Below are positions 19,369 to 29,176 of a stretch of DNA of 57,267 nt, piece by piece. Under the pieces are notes generated by a model, which searched no databases, was not told the DNA's origin, and saw only the letters and a program-made list of their open reading frames with translations. The first letter of the stretch is position 1. Every line of letters starts with the position of its first letter. This DNA comes from Candidatus Berkelbacteria bacterium (GTDB taxonomy: Bacteria > Patescibacteriota > UBA1384 > 2-12-FULL-50-11). The position numbers and the translations under genes are program-made. The stretch covers positions 1 to 57,267 of the forward strand of contig JANLIQ010000056.1 of the NCBI GenBank assembly GCA_024654065.1, given 5' to 3'.

Positions 19369-20364
19369 TTGTTAGACAGAATACGAAAAAACATACATTC
19401 TATTACCGAAGTTGTCCGTAGTTTTCTCTCCCAAGTCACGAGTTTTATCTTGACTCTCGCCAGTGGCCTTTTTTCAGCTGTAAAATCTCTAAAATTTGTA
19501 AAGCGCTTTCCTAAGCGTCCTATTCGTTTTATTAAAAAATACTCGATGCAGATTAGCTTTGGGGTAGTTTTGGCGCTCTTTTTAACTGTTTCGGTTGGTG
19601 AGGGTCAAGCCTACCAGGTTGGAGCAGCCGATTTCTCGAGCGATATTGACTTACCAGCCGATGGCTTTTTAGGTAAGCCACAAATCTTAGGAACCCAAAC
19701 TATTTTAACTGGTGAGACCGAACAAGTAGCGATTATTAACTACACCGTTGAAAAGGGTGACAGTATTTCAGGTATCGCGAGCCGGTATAACCTAAGTGTT
19801 GGCTCACTTTTGGATGCCAACGGTCTTAAAGCCATTAGTGTGGTCAAGGCTGGTGACCAGCTTATCATCCCCGCTGAGGACACCAACCAATCTAATGACT
19901 GGATAGCTGAGATCAACGCCGAGAAGGCTCGTCAGCAAAAATTGGCCGAAGCCGCCCGTCAGAAACAGCTCGCCCAATCACGAAGTCGTATAACTACTAG
20001 GGGTCGCTCCACTGCCTCAATTAGCAGTAGTTACGAAATCATTGGCAAAGAATACGGTAGCTATAACGGTGGTTTACCAGGTTGGTGTACGTGGTGGGCA
20101 AACAAAATGCGCTCAGATTTACCAAATGGTATGGGTAACGCCCGTGACTATCTCCGCAATGCCCGGGCAGCAGGAATGGCAACGGGTTCTATAGCACGAC
20201 CAGGAGCAATATTTGTTAGCGGTGAGTCTGGCTGGGGCCATGTTGGTTACGTAGAATCTGTCAGTGGTGGCACAATGACCGTTACCGAGATGAACTACGT
20301 TGGTCGGTACGTCGTTAATCGCAGAACAACCTCAACCTCTATTGCCTGGGGTTTTATCTACTAG
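19369..20364 (+). CDS. LysM + CHAP domain peptidoglycan hydrolase
   Basis: YTVEKGDSISGIASRYNL (LysM); GWCTWWA, GNARDY, GHVGYVE, EMNY (CHAP). Confidence 0.9.
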   Translation: MLDRIRKNIHSITEVVRSFLSQVTSFILTLASGLFSAVKSLKFVKRFPKRPIRFIKKYSMQISFGVVLALFLTVSVGEGQAYQVGAADFSSDIDLPADGFLGKPQILGTQTILTGETEQVAIINYTVEKGDSISGIASRYNLSVGSLLDANGLKAISVVKAGDQLIIPAEDTNQSNDWIAEINAEKARQQKLAEAARQKQLAQSRSRITTRGRSTASISSSYEIIGKEYGSYNGGLPGWCTWWANKMRSDLPNGMGNARDYLRNARAAGMATGSIARPGAIFVSGESGWGHVGYVESVSGGTMTVTEMNYVGRYVVNRRTTSTSIAWGFIY

Positions 20365-20430
20365 ATACTCTTGATTTTATCTTGGGCATAGCTCAAGATA
20401 TGGAGGCATTTCATTGTCAGGAGGACAGAG

Positions 20431-20937
20431 ATGATGAATTTCGTACTTTCCATGTTCATTGTTCTGGTTTGCGCTAGACTGACCAGCGCCCAAACCACCA
20501 AGCTGGAGGTTGAGACGGCCTACAAACACCTGCTCGAGATCGCCAAGACCGCCGGTTATGACGGTCATGTGAATGAACGAGGCCAGCCATTGACCGGGTT
20601 GAAGAGTCGTCTTCAAACCAGCCTACTAGGGTCTGGACAAACTCTGGAGCAGGCGAAAGCTATTCAACAAATCCGGACCAACAATGTTCGGTCGGTTGCC
20701 GAAGGGTTCTATGAAATGACGCACGACAAGACCGGTCTAGTTCAAGAGCTCACTTTCGAGCCAATCAAAGTCACCCTTAATGGAGAGTTCGCGGCAATGG
20801 TTGAATCCAGCGTGCTATTCCCTCCCACTGACGACGGTTATCAGTTTGGCTTCAAATGGATCTGGCATCTAAGACGCGCCGGTACAGAATGGATGGCGTT
20901 TGACATCCATGAGACTCGGTTTTCAAAGCCGCCCTAA
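20431..20937 (+). CDS. Secreted hypothetical protein
   Basis: Signal peptide; SD AGGAGG. Confidence 0.65.
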   Translation: MMNFVLSMFIVLVCARLTSAQTTKLEVETAYKHLLEIAKTAGYDGHVNERGQPLTGLKSRLQTSLLGSGQTLEQAKAIQQIRTNNVRSVAEGFYEMTHDKTGLVQELTFEPIKVTLNGEFAAMVESSVLFPPTDDGYQFGFKWIWHLRRAGTEWMAFDIHETRFSKPP

Positions 20938-20974
20938 CATTGGTTCGGGGCGGCTAATCCTTTATAATGTGCTT

Positions 20975-21460
20975 ATGAGACGGGGATATTTGCGGAACTT
21001 TATTTTCGGCGCCGAGGACAGTTTGGTTTCTACCGTTGGGCTACTTTCCGGTGTGTCGTTTGCCGGTCTTACTAATCGCGAGATTATCTTAAGCGGCGTT
21101 ATTCTAATTTTAGTCGAGTCTATTTCGATGGGCGCGGGCGTTTATCTATCTGAAGATTCAGCAAACGACCTACCTCAAGAAGGTGAGCGCGACAATACCA
21201 TCGCTGACGCGACAATTATGCTAATTTCTTACCTCTTGATCGGATTGACTCCGTTGTTACCTTACGTATTTTCAGCTGATACTAAAATAGGATTTTACTA
21301 CTCAGTTGGATTTTCTCTTCTCTCTCTTTTCTGCCTTGGATTATTTAAAGGTTATGTGGTCGGAAAACACCCGGTTTATAGTGCAATTAAAGTCTTTATA
21401 GTGGGTGGTTTAGTTACTGCTATTGCCGTTAGTGTTGGCTTAATAATTAAAACCGTTTAG
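20975..21460 (+). CDS. VIT1/CCC1 family Fe/Mn transporter
   Basis: LRNFIFGAEDSLVSTVGLLSG, ESISMGAGVYLSE, GLTPLLPY. Confidence 0.9.
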   Translation: MRRGYLRNFIFGAEDSLVSTVGLLSGVSFAGLTNREIILSGVILILVESISMGAGVYLSEDSANDLPQEGERDNTIADATIMLISYLLIGLTPLLPYVFSADTKIGFYYSVGFSLLSLFCLGLFKGYVVGKHPVYSAIKVFIVGGLVTAIAVSVGLIIKTV

Positions 21461-21468
21461 GTTAGCTG

Positions 21469-21542
21469 CGCCCCCGGCAGGATTCGGACCTGCGACCTAG
21501 CGGGTAGAAACCGCTCGCTCTAATCCACTGAGCTACAGGGGC
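21469..21542 (-). tRNA. tRNA-Arg(TCT), T-loop variant GTCCGAAT
   Basis: GCCCCTG/CGGGGGC; AGCGG-TTTCTAC-CCGCT. Confidence 0.9.
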
Positions 21543-21611
21543 ATGAAGACTAAACGAAGTCTATCTTATTTTAGCTTGAAAATATAGGGTTTGTAAGGTA
21601 ATTTTAAGTTC

Positions 21612-22178
21612 ATGATAACTCGTGAAGAGGCATATAAGTTACTAACAGATAACGTAAAAAATAAAAATTTAATTCGTCATTGCTTGGCTGTGGAGGCCTC
21701 AATGAAGTCATTAGCTGCATATTTCAGCGCTAATGAAGAAGCTTGGGGAATTGCCGGTCTACTACACGATGCTGACTGGGAAGCTACTAAAGACACTCCC
21801 GAACAACATACTTTAGTCCTAGCGGATTGGTTAGAAGATTGGGATCTAGGAGATGAGGGAATCAAAGAAGCGATCCTTGCTCATAACCATTTCCATAACG
21901 GTCACGAACCACCCCAAACTCAATTTGAATGGTCGCTGTACTGTGCTGATGAATTAACAGGCTTAATTGTTGCTTGTGCGCTAGTTCAGCCAAACAAAAA
22001 CATCGGTACGGTTACCGTAGACTCTGTAATGCGTAAATTCCCAGAAAGCGCTTTTGCAGCAGGTGTCGATCGCTCCAAAATCCAGAACTGTGAAGCCGAA
22101 TTAAATATCGATTTAGAAAGTTTTATAGAAATTGTTCTTAAGGCAATGCAAGAGATTGCCGAAGATTTGGGGCTATAA
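21612..22178 (+). CDS. HD-domain phosphohydrolase
   Basis: RHCLAVE, GLLHDADWE, DELTGLI, FAAGVDR. Confidence 0.9.
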   Translation: MITREEAYKLLTDNVKNKNLIRHCLAVEASMKSLAAYFSANEEAWGIAGLLHDADWEATKDTPEQHTLVLADWLEDWDLGDEGIKEAILAHNHFHNGHEPPQTQFEWSLYCADELTGLIVACALVQPNKNIGTVTVDSVMRKFPESAFAAGVDRSKIQNCEAELNIDLESFIEIVLKAMQEIAEDLGL

Positions 22179-22212
22179 AAAACGGTGCGCAACCCACAAG
22201 GGACACGCACCG
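22177..22212 (-). terminator. Terminator between the convergent HD gene and pyr genes
   Basis: CGGTGCG...CGCACCG stem flanked by A6 (U6 on the minus strand). Confidence 0.55.
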
Positions 22213-22272
22213 CGAACGTAGGATTCGGCGAATCTTGACCCTGGTCTCGGCACAATTCTTAGGAACCAGGAC

Positions 22273-22986
22273 TCACATCGGCTTCTGCTGCGAGGCTTCG
22301 AGTTTCGCCCAGTCGTCTTTGGGCTTCCAGACGACGTTGCCGTTTTTGATGTCTTCGGCCACTTCTGGGTCATCCTGTCTGTACTCCGGGATCGGTTTGC
22401 AAACCAGAGCCACCACCGGTAGCTGTTGGCCCGAGTCCGTTGTATACACAGTATCCACCTTCAGGGACCTGTTAAGGAAGCAGATGATCCCCACGACCTC
22501 AGCTCCGTAACTCTCTATCAGCCTGATAAGAGCGTAGGTAGTGCTGAAGTTATTGCAGACATCCTCCACAATCCACCATCGCTCTCCGGGACCCGGTTTG
22601 TGGCGGCCGAACACCATTTCAGAGATCTCTCTGGAGGTTTCGGTCGCCGCCACAAGCACCTTCGTGCCTGGATAGATGTAACGCTTTCGAGCGTGGGCAC
22701 CTAGTGCAAAAGCAAGAGCTTTCCCACCTTCGGGAGCTCCACAGTAGCCGTTGCAGTGGTCAGATACGTGCAAAGGCATTAGACCCCTTGCGATGTTGTT
22801 GACGTCATTGGGATATTCCTCAACAACCGCAAAGTTGATGTAGGTATCCCCAACGAACTGTCTCTTCTGTTCGTCTCGAGCGGTATAACCGACAAGCGGA
22901 TCGCACCGCTTACCGTCGAATTTCCGACAGTCGTAGTACCCACCTAGGGTCTGCACCCTCCGAAGGTGCTCATTCTCTTCGTACAT
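22273..22986 (-). CDS. Type I phosphoribosyltransferase, probable divergent orotate PRTase
   Basis: PRPP-binding WIVEDVCNNFST; GAPEGG; directly downstream of pyrF. Confidence 0.7.
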   Translation of the reverse strand: MYEENEHLRRVQTLGGYYDCRKFDGKRCDPLVGYTARDEQKRQFVGDTYINFAVVEEYPNDVNNIARGLMPLHVSDHCNGYCGAPEGGKALAFALGAHARKRYIYPGTKVLVAATETSREISEMVFGRHKPGPGERWWIVEDVCNNFSTTYALIRLIESYGAEVVGIICFLNRSLKVDTVYTTDSGQQLPVVALVCKPIPEYRQDDPEVAEDIKNGNVVWKPKDDWAKLEASQQKPM

Positions 22987-23004
22987 GATTGCTTCCTCCT
23001 GCCC

Positions 23005-23796
23005 TTAGCCCAGGGCTGTGGCGATTTCATCCACAATCCGTTTGGCGGCATCGGCCCTTGTACCGGACTTGGGTTGAGTGATTGGTCTGCCGACGATCAG
23101 TACGTCAGAGCCGGCCTCGATTGCAACAGTTGGCGTTGTAGTTCGTTTCTGGTCGTTTGCGTCTCCGCCCGCAGGACGAATGCCCGGAGTGATGATCTTG
23201 AAATTCGGACCCACACGATTCCTGATAAGCGTGGTTTCTTGCGCCGAAGCCACAACCCCATCCAAACCACATTCCTTGGCCATTTGGGCGAGATGGCAGA
23301 CTAGGCTCGTCAGAAAGCTCGACTTATCAGTCCGTGAGTACTCGCAAATCGCATGAATAAACTCGGATGGAATCATGTCTAAGAGCTCGTCCGGACTGAT
23401 TGACGTCAGAACCGTTACCCCCAGAACCCAGGGTCGGGCCTCGAGATCAGGACATCCTATCGACACCCCCTCGACCGCTGACTTCATCATTGCTCTTCCG
23501 CCCAGACACATGACGTTAGTCATACTGACACCCGGCCAAGCAGCAGCGCTTGATACGCCATTCTTGACCGTTTCGGGAATGTCGATGATCTTGCCGTCCC
23601 AGAATGCCCAACACCCAGCGTCAAAGATGTGTCGAGTGAGCACTCCCGCGTCTTGCTTTTGAATCCGTTCGTGTCCAAGCTTGAAACCGCCTACAAGCGG
23701 GTACAAATCATCGACACACTGTCTCGCTTCGTCTGTGTCCATTCCATCTAGCGGAACACAAAGCCGATCTGTCAGCTTTAGTGATAGAATCCTCAT
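23005..23796 (-). CDS. pyrF: Orotidine-5'-phosphate decarboxylase
   Basis: GFKLG, DGKIIDIPET (DxKxxDIPxT), VTVLTS, TPGIRP, DQKR, IVGRPIT; ATG 23796 follows GAGGTG (GTG 23805 is an alternative). Confidence 0.93.
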   Translation of the reverse strand: MRILSLKLTDRLCVPLDGMDTDEARQCVDDLYPLVGGFKLGHERIQKQDAGVLTRHIFDAGCWAFWDGKIIDIPETVKNGVSSAAAWPGVSMTNVMCLGGRAMMKSAVEGVSIGCPDLEARPWVLGVTVLTSISPDELLDMIPSEFIHAICEYSRTDKSSFLTSLVCHLAQMAKECGLDGVVASAQETTLIRNRVGPNFKIITPGIRPAGGDANDQKRTTTPTVAIEAGSDVLIVGRPITQPKSGTRADAAKRIVDEIATALG

Positions 23797-23918
23797 CTTA
23801 GTCACCTCGTATTAAAGAGCTAGCCTAAACCTTCAATCAAGAAAGTTTGACCCCTCCACTGCAAAGGATTGTATCAAAGAAGTGCTGGGTAATCCACCTT
23901 CTACGGTATGACTTCAAT

Positions 23919-25916
23919 CTATAACTTTATCCGCTTTAACTGTAGGGCGTTAACAACAACAATCACAGAAGACATTGCCATCAAGAAGGCTCCAACATCG
24001 GGTCTCAAAAATAGTCCCCACTTAGAAAATACTCCCGCAGCAGCGGGAATCGCTACAACGTTGTACCCAACCGCCCAAACCAAATTCTGAATCATTTTTG
24101 TGTAAACTTTCTTAGATAAAACTAAGAGTCTAGAAATATCTGCCGGATTATTCTTAATTAGGATTATGTCTCCCGCTTCAACTGTTACGTCCGTTCCTGC
24201 CCCTATCGCCACCCCCACATTGGCTTGAATCAAAGCCGGAGCGTCGTTAACGCCGTCGCCGACCATCATCACGGCCTCGCCTTTATCTTGGAGCTCTTTG
24301 ACTTTCTTGTATTTGTCTTCCGGCAGGACACTAGAAAAATAGGTGTCTATCCCGAGTTCCACCGCCACATACTTAGCCACCCCCTCGTTATCACCGGTGA
24401 TCATCGCCACCTTTACTCCGGCTTGATGTAAACAATCGACAGCTTCTTTGGACTCTGGACGGATTTTGTCGGCGACGGCGATTAAGCCCAATACCTCCTT
24501 GTTGCTTCGCAGTATCGCCACGGTTTTTCCTTGATCGGACAGTTCGGATAACTTTTTCTCCAACTCTCCGAGCTCGACACCATCTAAGATTTTTTCATTA
24601 CCGAGCCAAAACTGCTGACCGTCAATTCTACCAGTAACACCCTGACCAGCCAGATTTTTGAAGTCTTGGATCTGCTTAGAGGAAACCTTGCTTTCGCTGG
24701 CTTTCTCAAGCACGGCTCTGGCTAACGGATGTGAAGACCCGGCCTCCAACGCTGAGGCGATGGTCAGGAGCTTGTTTTCATCCTCCGCTACAATGTCGGT
24801 TACGGCCGGTTTTCCTTCTGTTAATGTGCCAGTTTTGTCAAAAGCGACAACACTAATATTGCGTGCCGCTTCAAGTTTCTTCAGAGACTTTAAGAAAATT
24901 CCATTCTTAAGAGCTAGCGAGGTAGCGGTGGTCGAAACTGTCGGAATAGCTAACCCCAGCGCGTGCGGGCAAGCGATAACCAACACTGTCACCGCTAAAG
25001 TCAAAGCAAAAGCAAAAGTCTGTCCTTCCACCAAAGTCCAAACTAGAACTGTCGCAATGGCTGTACCAAGCGCCACAAATGTCAAAAGCGAAGCTACCCG
25101 ATCGGCTAAATACTGTAGTTTGGGTTTGGTAGTCTGGGCGGTTTCAACCAATTGTTGAATATGTCCAACCGTTGAATCTAAGCCGACTTTTTCTAGTCTT
25201 ATTGTCAACGATCCATCTAGACAAATCGAACCGGCAATTACTTTGTCGCCAGCTTTTTTGCTGATTGGTTTGGATTCGCCCGTCACCAGCGCCTCATCCA
25301 TATTGGCCTGGCCGTCGATAATCACCCCATCGGCCGGTAGTTTTTCGCCGGGCTTAACAATGACCGTGTCTCCAGGCTTAATCTGCTCCAGCGGCACATC
25401 TTTGCTTTGACCGTCCACTAAAAGATGGACTTCTTTCGGCAACAATTTCGCCACTTCCTGCAGGGCGCTTCCGGCGGCGGCAGTCGATTTAGCTTCCAAA
25501 TAGTGACCAAACAGCAACACCCAAATTAGGGTCGAGATTTCCAGGAAAAATTCCATACCGCCAAAACTGGGGATGAACGTGGAAGCGACGGAGAATAGAA
25601 AGCCACTGGCGACCGCCAGCGACACTAGCGTCATCATACCGTAACTTTTGGCTTTAATTTCGTGCGTGGCGTGTTCAAAGAAAACTAAAGAGAAATAGAA
25701 AATTATCGTCGAGATAGCAAAACCAACATACTGTCGCCCCTCAAAATCCGGTGTCCCCAAGAATTTCACCCCAACATTACTAACGAGAAGAAGCGGAACC
25801 AGTAGAGCGGTAGCGTACCAAAACCGACGCAGAAACATCATCGCGTCGTCCATTGTCATCGCGTGATGACCGCCATGACTATGGTTATGTTCGGCGTGGT
25901 CGTGACAGTTGTCCAT
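23919..25916 (-). CDS. Copper-translocating P1B-type ATPase (CPH motif, His-rich N-terminus; CopB-like)
   Basis: TGES, ACPHALGLA, DKTGTLT, SHP, GDGVNDAPAL, YN, MAMSS. Confidence 0.95.
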   Translation of the reverse strand: MDNCHDHAEHNHSHGGHHAMTMDDAMMFLRRFWYATALLVPLLLVSNVGVKFLGTPDFEGRQYVGFAISTIIFYFSLVFFEHATHEIKAKSYGMMTLVSLAVASGFLFSVASTFIPSFGGMEFFLEISTLIWVLLFGHYLEAKSTAAAGSALQEVAKLLPKEVHLLVDGQSKDVPLEQIKPGDTVIVKPGEKLPADGVIIDGQANMDEALVTGESKPISKKAGDKVIAGSICLDGSLTIRLEKVGLDSTVGHIQQLVETAQTTKPKLQYLADRVASLLTFVALGTAIATVLVWTLVEGQTFAFALTLAVTVLVIACPHALGLAIPTVSTTATSLALKNGIFLKSLKKLEAARNISVVAFDKTGTLTEGKPAVTDIVAEDENKLLTIASALEAGSSHPLARAVLEKASESKVSSKQIQDFKNLAGQGVTGRIDGQQFWLGNEKILDGVELGELEKKLSELSDQGKTVAILRSNKEVLGLIAVADKIRPESKEAVDCLHQAGVKVAMITGDNEGVAKYVAVELGIDTYFSSVLPEDKYKKVKELQDKGEAVMMVGDGVNDAPALIQANVGVAIGAGTDVTVEAGDIILIKNNPADISRLLVLSKKVYTKMIQNLVWAVGYNVVAIPAAAGVFSKWGLFLRPDVGAFLMAMSSVIVVVNALQLKRIKL

Positions 25917-26752
25917 TATTCCCCATCCTTTAGACTAATTTTGAGCCGTTTGAAAATAATTACCAGGACGAACACCAGGACCAGCAGAGCGAGAATGGCA
26001 AATACCGGGTTTTCGTTGAGAAATTTTGAAATATTGCGACCGATCGTGAGCACGCCAACGGTAAACTCGCTTTCAACGGCGACATTAAGTCGACCATTTA
26101 AGACATTAATGCCCAGATATAGGCCGTACAGGATCATCACGGCGCCACCAAGCAGACTACCAACAGTCGTAACGCCGAGTGGTTTATTGAAGAACGCCCG
26201 AACCTTCATCAGTCCGGAGGTACTCATGAGCATGGCACCAAGTAGCAGCGGCAGGACCATGCCGGCCACATAACTCAAGCCCACAATGAGCGCCATGAAT
26301 GTACTTGGTGAAAGCGTGGTCAGGGCGATAGCCCCTAGCAGAACTGGGGCGCAACAAGCCGTTGCCAGGCCAGAAGTCACTCCCAGCAGAAAGAGCGAGC
26401 CGATCGTCGCTTTGCCCTTAAGTTCACTCGGCCGGATAAACATCGGCAGTTTGAATTGAAAAACCAGTAGCAGACCTAATAGAATCATTACGATCGCCCC
26501 AATGCCGTAAAAATACGGGTGGTAGTCGTTAAAAATGTTGATTAGTTCTCGAAATCCGAGCGCGATTGGCAACATCACCGCGGCAATCCCCAACGAGAAA
26601 ACCAATGTAGCCAACAAGACCCGAACCCGCGTTTGGACAATCTGCGCCAGGTATGTCGGCAGTAATACTGTCAGGCAACACGGCGCAAATAAGGCGATCG
26701 CACCGGAAACAAAGCCAACGACTATACTGGCACTCCAGAAAATAACGTCCAT
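25916..26752 (-). CDS. CcdA/DsbD-family cytochrome c biogenesis-like membrane protein
   Basis: FAPCCLTVLLP and TACCAPVL motifs; multi-TM. Confidence 0.85.
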   Translation of the reverse strand: MDVIFWSASIVVGFVSGAIALFAPCCLTVLLPTYLAQIVQTRVRVLLATLVFSLGIAAVMLPIALGFRELINIFNDYHPYFYGIGAIVMILLGLLLVFQFKLPMFIRPSELKGKATIGSLFLLGVTSGLATACCAPVLLGAIALTTLSPSTFMALIVGLSYVAGMVLPLLLGAMLMSTSGLMKVRAFFNKPLGVTTVGSLLGGAVMILYGLYLGINVLNGRLNVAVESEFTVGVLTIGRNISKFLNENPVFAILALLVLVFVLVIIFKRLKISLKDGE

Positions 26753-27240
26753 TACTTGACGTTGGCCGATACCGTTAGTCGAATTTCTTTAGAATTATTT
26801 ATCTTGAAGGTGGAATAACGCTCGATCGGACCGTACACTGGCATTAAGGCCGGTTCGTAAGTAACTCCAATCTCGGCTGTTTCACCTGGAGCTAGATCGT
26901 GATTCCAGGCCCTTTCGGCGCTCGACATATGAGCGGGCATATTAAACATCGGTGAGGTTTCGCCGTTGATTTTAACTTCCGTCATCGTGCAGTTACAGCT
27001 AGTTTCAAATCTACTCAAATTCATTTTTTCGCTACTTGTATTTCTAAAAGTGAAATTAGCAGTTTTTTTATCGTCGACTGTCATTTCGCCCAAATTCATC
27101 TTTTCACTCGAAAGTTCGTAGGTACCGATAAGACTGTTTGTACTGACGGTATTTTCCTCCGAACCCTTAGACCCAACAAAGTATATAGCCAATATCGCGA
27201 CTAAGCTAAGTCCAATCACAGATAAAACAAATTTAGACAT
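26752..27240 (-). CDS. DUF1573-like Ig-fold membrane-anchored protein
   Basis: TSCNCT, LAPGETAEIGVTY; N-terminal TM. Confidence 0.75.
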   Translation of the reverse strand: MSKFVLSVIGLSLVAILAIYFVGSKGSEENTVSTNSLIGTYELSSEKMNLGEMTVDDKKTANFTFRNTSSEKMNLSRFETSCNCTMTEVKINGETSPMFNMPAHMSSAERAWNHDLAPGETAEIGVTYEPALMPVYGPIERYSTFKINNSKEIRLTVSANVK

Positions 27241-27248
27241 TTCCCTCC

Positions 27249-27530
27249 TTAAGACTTATTTGCTAAGCGACTAACTTTAATTATTTCTTCAATCATTTTT
27301 TTCTGTTTGCCCATCGAGCCGGATTCCACTCCCTCGGCAAAACAAGTGTGGAGATGGTCTTGCATTACTTGCTGATGGACAGATTTCAATAATCCAATAA
27401 CAGCAAGGTTCTGTTGCATAATATCTACACAGTATTGGTCTCCCTCCACCATGGAGGTAATTTTCTTCAGTAAACTCTCCGCCTTCTTGAGCCCTATCAA
27501 AATCTTTTGTTTGTCTTTTTCTATACCCAT
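27249..27530 (-). CDS. csoR: CsoR/RcnR family metal-sensing repressor
   Basis: YCVDIMQQ...HLHTC (Cys, His, Cys ligands); first gene of the copper operon. Confidence 0.9.
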   Translation of the reverse strand: MGIEKDKQKILIGLKKAESLLKKITSMVEGDQYCVDIMQQNLAVIGLLKSVHQQVMQDHLHTCFAEGVESGSMGKQKKMIEEIIKVSRLANKS

Positions 27531-27592
27531 AATGAGTAGCCTCCGTCTACGAATTAAGAAGTTGGATTATTATTATTTCTTCAACCAACTAC

Positions 27593-27630
27593 TATACCCC
27601 TACCTTAGGTGTAGGTAGTGGATTTGTCAA
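27593..27630 (-). promoter_or_regulatory. Copper operon promoter with an overlapping CsoR-type operator
   Basis: Minus strand TTGACA-17nt-TAAGGT; TATACCCCTACCTTAGGTGTAGG G/C-tract pseudopalindrome overlaps the -10. Confidence 0.6.
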
Positions 27631-27638
27631 GCTTTACG

Positions 27639-27661
27639 AAAAAACCACCCGCAAAGGGTGG
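27639..27661 (-). terminator. tmRNA terminator
   Basis: CCACCC/GGGTGG stem followed by U6 on the minus strand. Confidence 0.75.
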
Positions 27662-27669
27662 AATTCTCG

Positions 27670-28058
27670 TGGTGGAGCTGGCGAGAGTCGAACTCGCGTC
27701 CGAAAACAAACGAACCAAATCTTCTACAAGCTTAGACAGTTTACTTTTCTTAGATGGCTGGAATAGAAACAGACAAAATTTCCAGTCATAGCATCATCTT
27801 AATCTTGTGAATGGGCCGATGAGAACCCAAACGCTACCCTACGATTATGACGCTTCGCTGTTTTAGTAGAGATCAAACAGGGAAACGGTACTGGTGTTTA
27901 GGCCAATACTGGTTGAGCGACGAAGCTACCAAACGCGTTTGCTACAGTAGCTTTGACTTTGCTCATAACGTTTGCACGTATTTTTTTGTACTCTAAGGCA
28001 GGTACTCTCCGCTTGCAAATTTGGTTGTTAAAGTTCCCGTCGAAGCCATTACAGCCCC
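27670..28058 (-). ncRNA. ssrA: tmRNA; tag ANVMSKVKATVANAFGSFVAQPVLA* (27975-27898)
   Basis: 5' GGGGCTGTAATGGCTTCGAC; 3' GAGTTCGACTCTCGCCAGCTCCACCA; G3:U wobble; tag ends in LA-stop. Confidence 0.95.
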
Positions 28059-28133
28059 ATGCGGATACAGTAGCATTAAACAGATAAGAAGTCAATCAAT
28101 ATGGGTAAAGATTTGGCCGCCCGAAGGCGGCCG

Positions 28134-28457
28134 TTAACCACGCGACTCACGACGCTCTGCGACTCCTTCGAGTCTTTCGGAAATGAGACTTTCCATTTCA
28201 GCCAGTCTGGTAGCGTCCGTGGCGTAGATAGTCACGAAGAGCTTCTTGGCAATGCCCCTCATTACAATCGTCATCGCTTCAGAGTCGTTGCAGACTAACC
28301 GAATTAAGAACAGGTGATTCCTGCCGATGAACTCATCGTGCCCATCCTCTCGAACAATTCCCTGGAGCAAACTTACGATTTGAAGACGCTCGGCGAAATC
28401 AAGAACTCGGATCAATTCGAAAGTGAAAGAACGAAAAAGAACAGATGTTTCCACCAA
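28134..28457 (-). CDS. Hypothetical protein
   Basis: 107-aa ORF, upstream AAGGAG, downstream UUCG hairpin (28115-28134). Confidence 0.5.
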   Translation of the reverse strand: MVETSVLFRSFTFELIRVLDFAERLQIVSLLQGIVREDGHDEFIGRNHLFLIRLVCNDSEAMTIVMRGIAKKLFVTIYATDATRLAEMESLISERLEGVAERRESRG

Positions 28458-28510
28458 GCGATTTTATCACTCCTTGGCAGAAATTGTAAGAGAGGGTAAC
28501 CTGGTTATTG

Positions 28511-29176
28511 ATGCTGAAATTAGTTAACGCTCGCAAACAATTCACCGCCGGAGAAGTTGTAAACGCTTTAGACGGCGTATCGCTCAAAATCGCCAAGGGT
28601 GAGTTCGTCGGAATCATCGGCCCAAGCGGTTGCGGCAAATCGACCCTACTTTATACGCTTGGCTTGCTGGATTCGACCGACGAAGGCGAGTACTTTATCG
28701 ACGGCACTCGCGTTGATAGATTTTCCAGCCGCGAGCGGGCCGGGTTACGAAACAAAAAGTTTGGCTTTGTCTTTCAGTCGTTCAACTTGATTAGCCGAAC
28801 GACATCATTTGATAATGTTCTCCTTCCACTTTTATACGGACAGACACGAGGTGCCACCGCTAAGGTCCAGCACGCCCTAGAGCAAGTTGGTGTTTGGAAC
28901 AAGCGCCGTAACTGGCCCAACCAAATGTCTGGTGGCCAGCAACAGCGGGTCGCCATCGCCCGAGCGCTTGTGACCGAACCGGAAATAATCTTAGCTGACG
29001 AACCAACCGGCAACCTGGACTCTAAGACTGGTGAGGAAATCATGGAACTGTTCCGAGATATTCACTCCAAAGGTACGACGGTAGTAATGGTCACCCACAA
29101 CCCCGACTTACTAAAATACGCCACTCGCATTATCGAGATGCGTGATGGCAAAATAGTTAGCGACAAAAAATTATGA
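28511..29176 (+). CDS. ABC transporter ATP-binding protein (LolD/MacB-type)
   Basis: [38 protein letters not shown]. Confidence 0.95.
   Translation: MLKLVNARKQFTAGEVVNALDGVSLKIAKGEFVGIIGPSGCGKSTLLYTLGLLDSTDEGEYFIDGTRVDRFSSRERAGLRNKKFGFVFQSFNLISRTTSFDNVLLPLLYGQTRGATAKVQHALEQVGVWNKRRNWPNQMSGGQQQRVAIARALVTEPEIILADEPTGNLDSKTGEEIMELFRDIHSKGTTVVMVTHNPDLLKYATRIIEMRDGKIVSDKKL

Noticed and set aside
27898..28095. 65-aa ORF
   Set aside because: Lies within tmRNA; only the tag portion is translated
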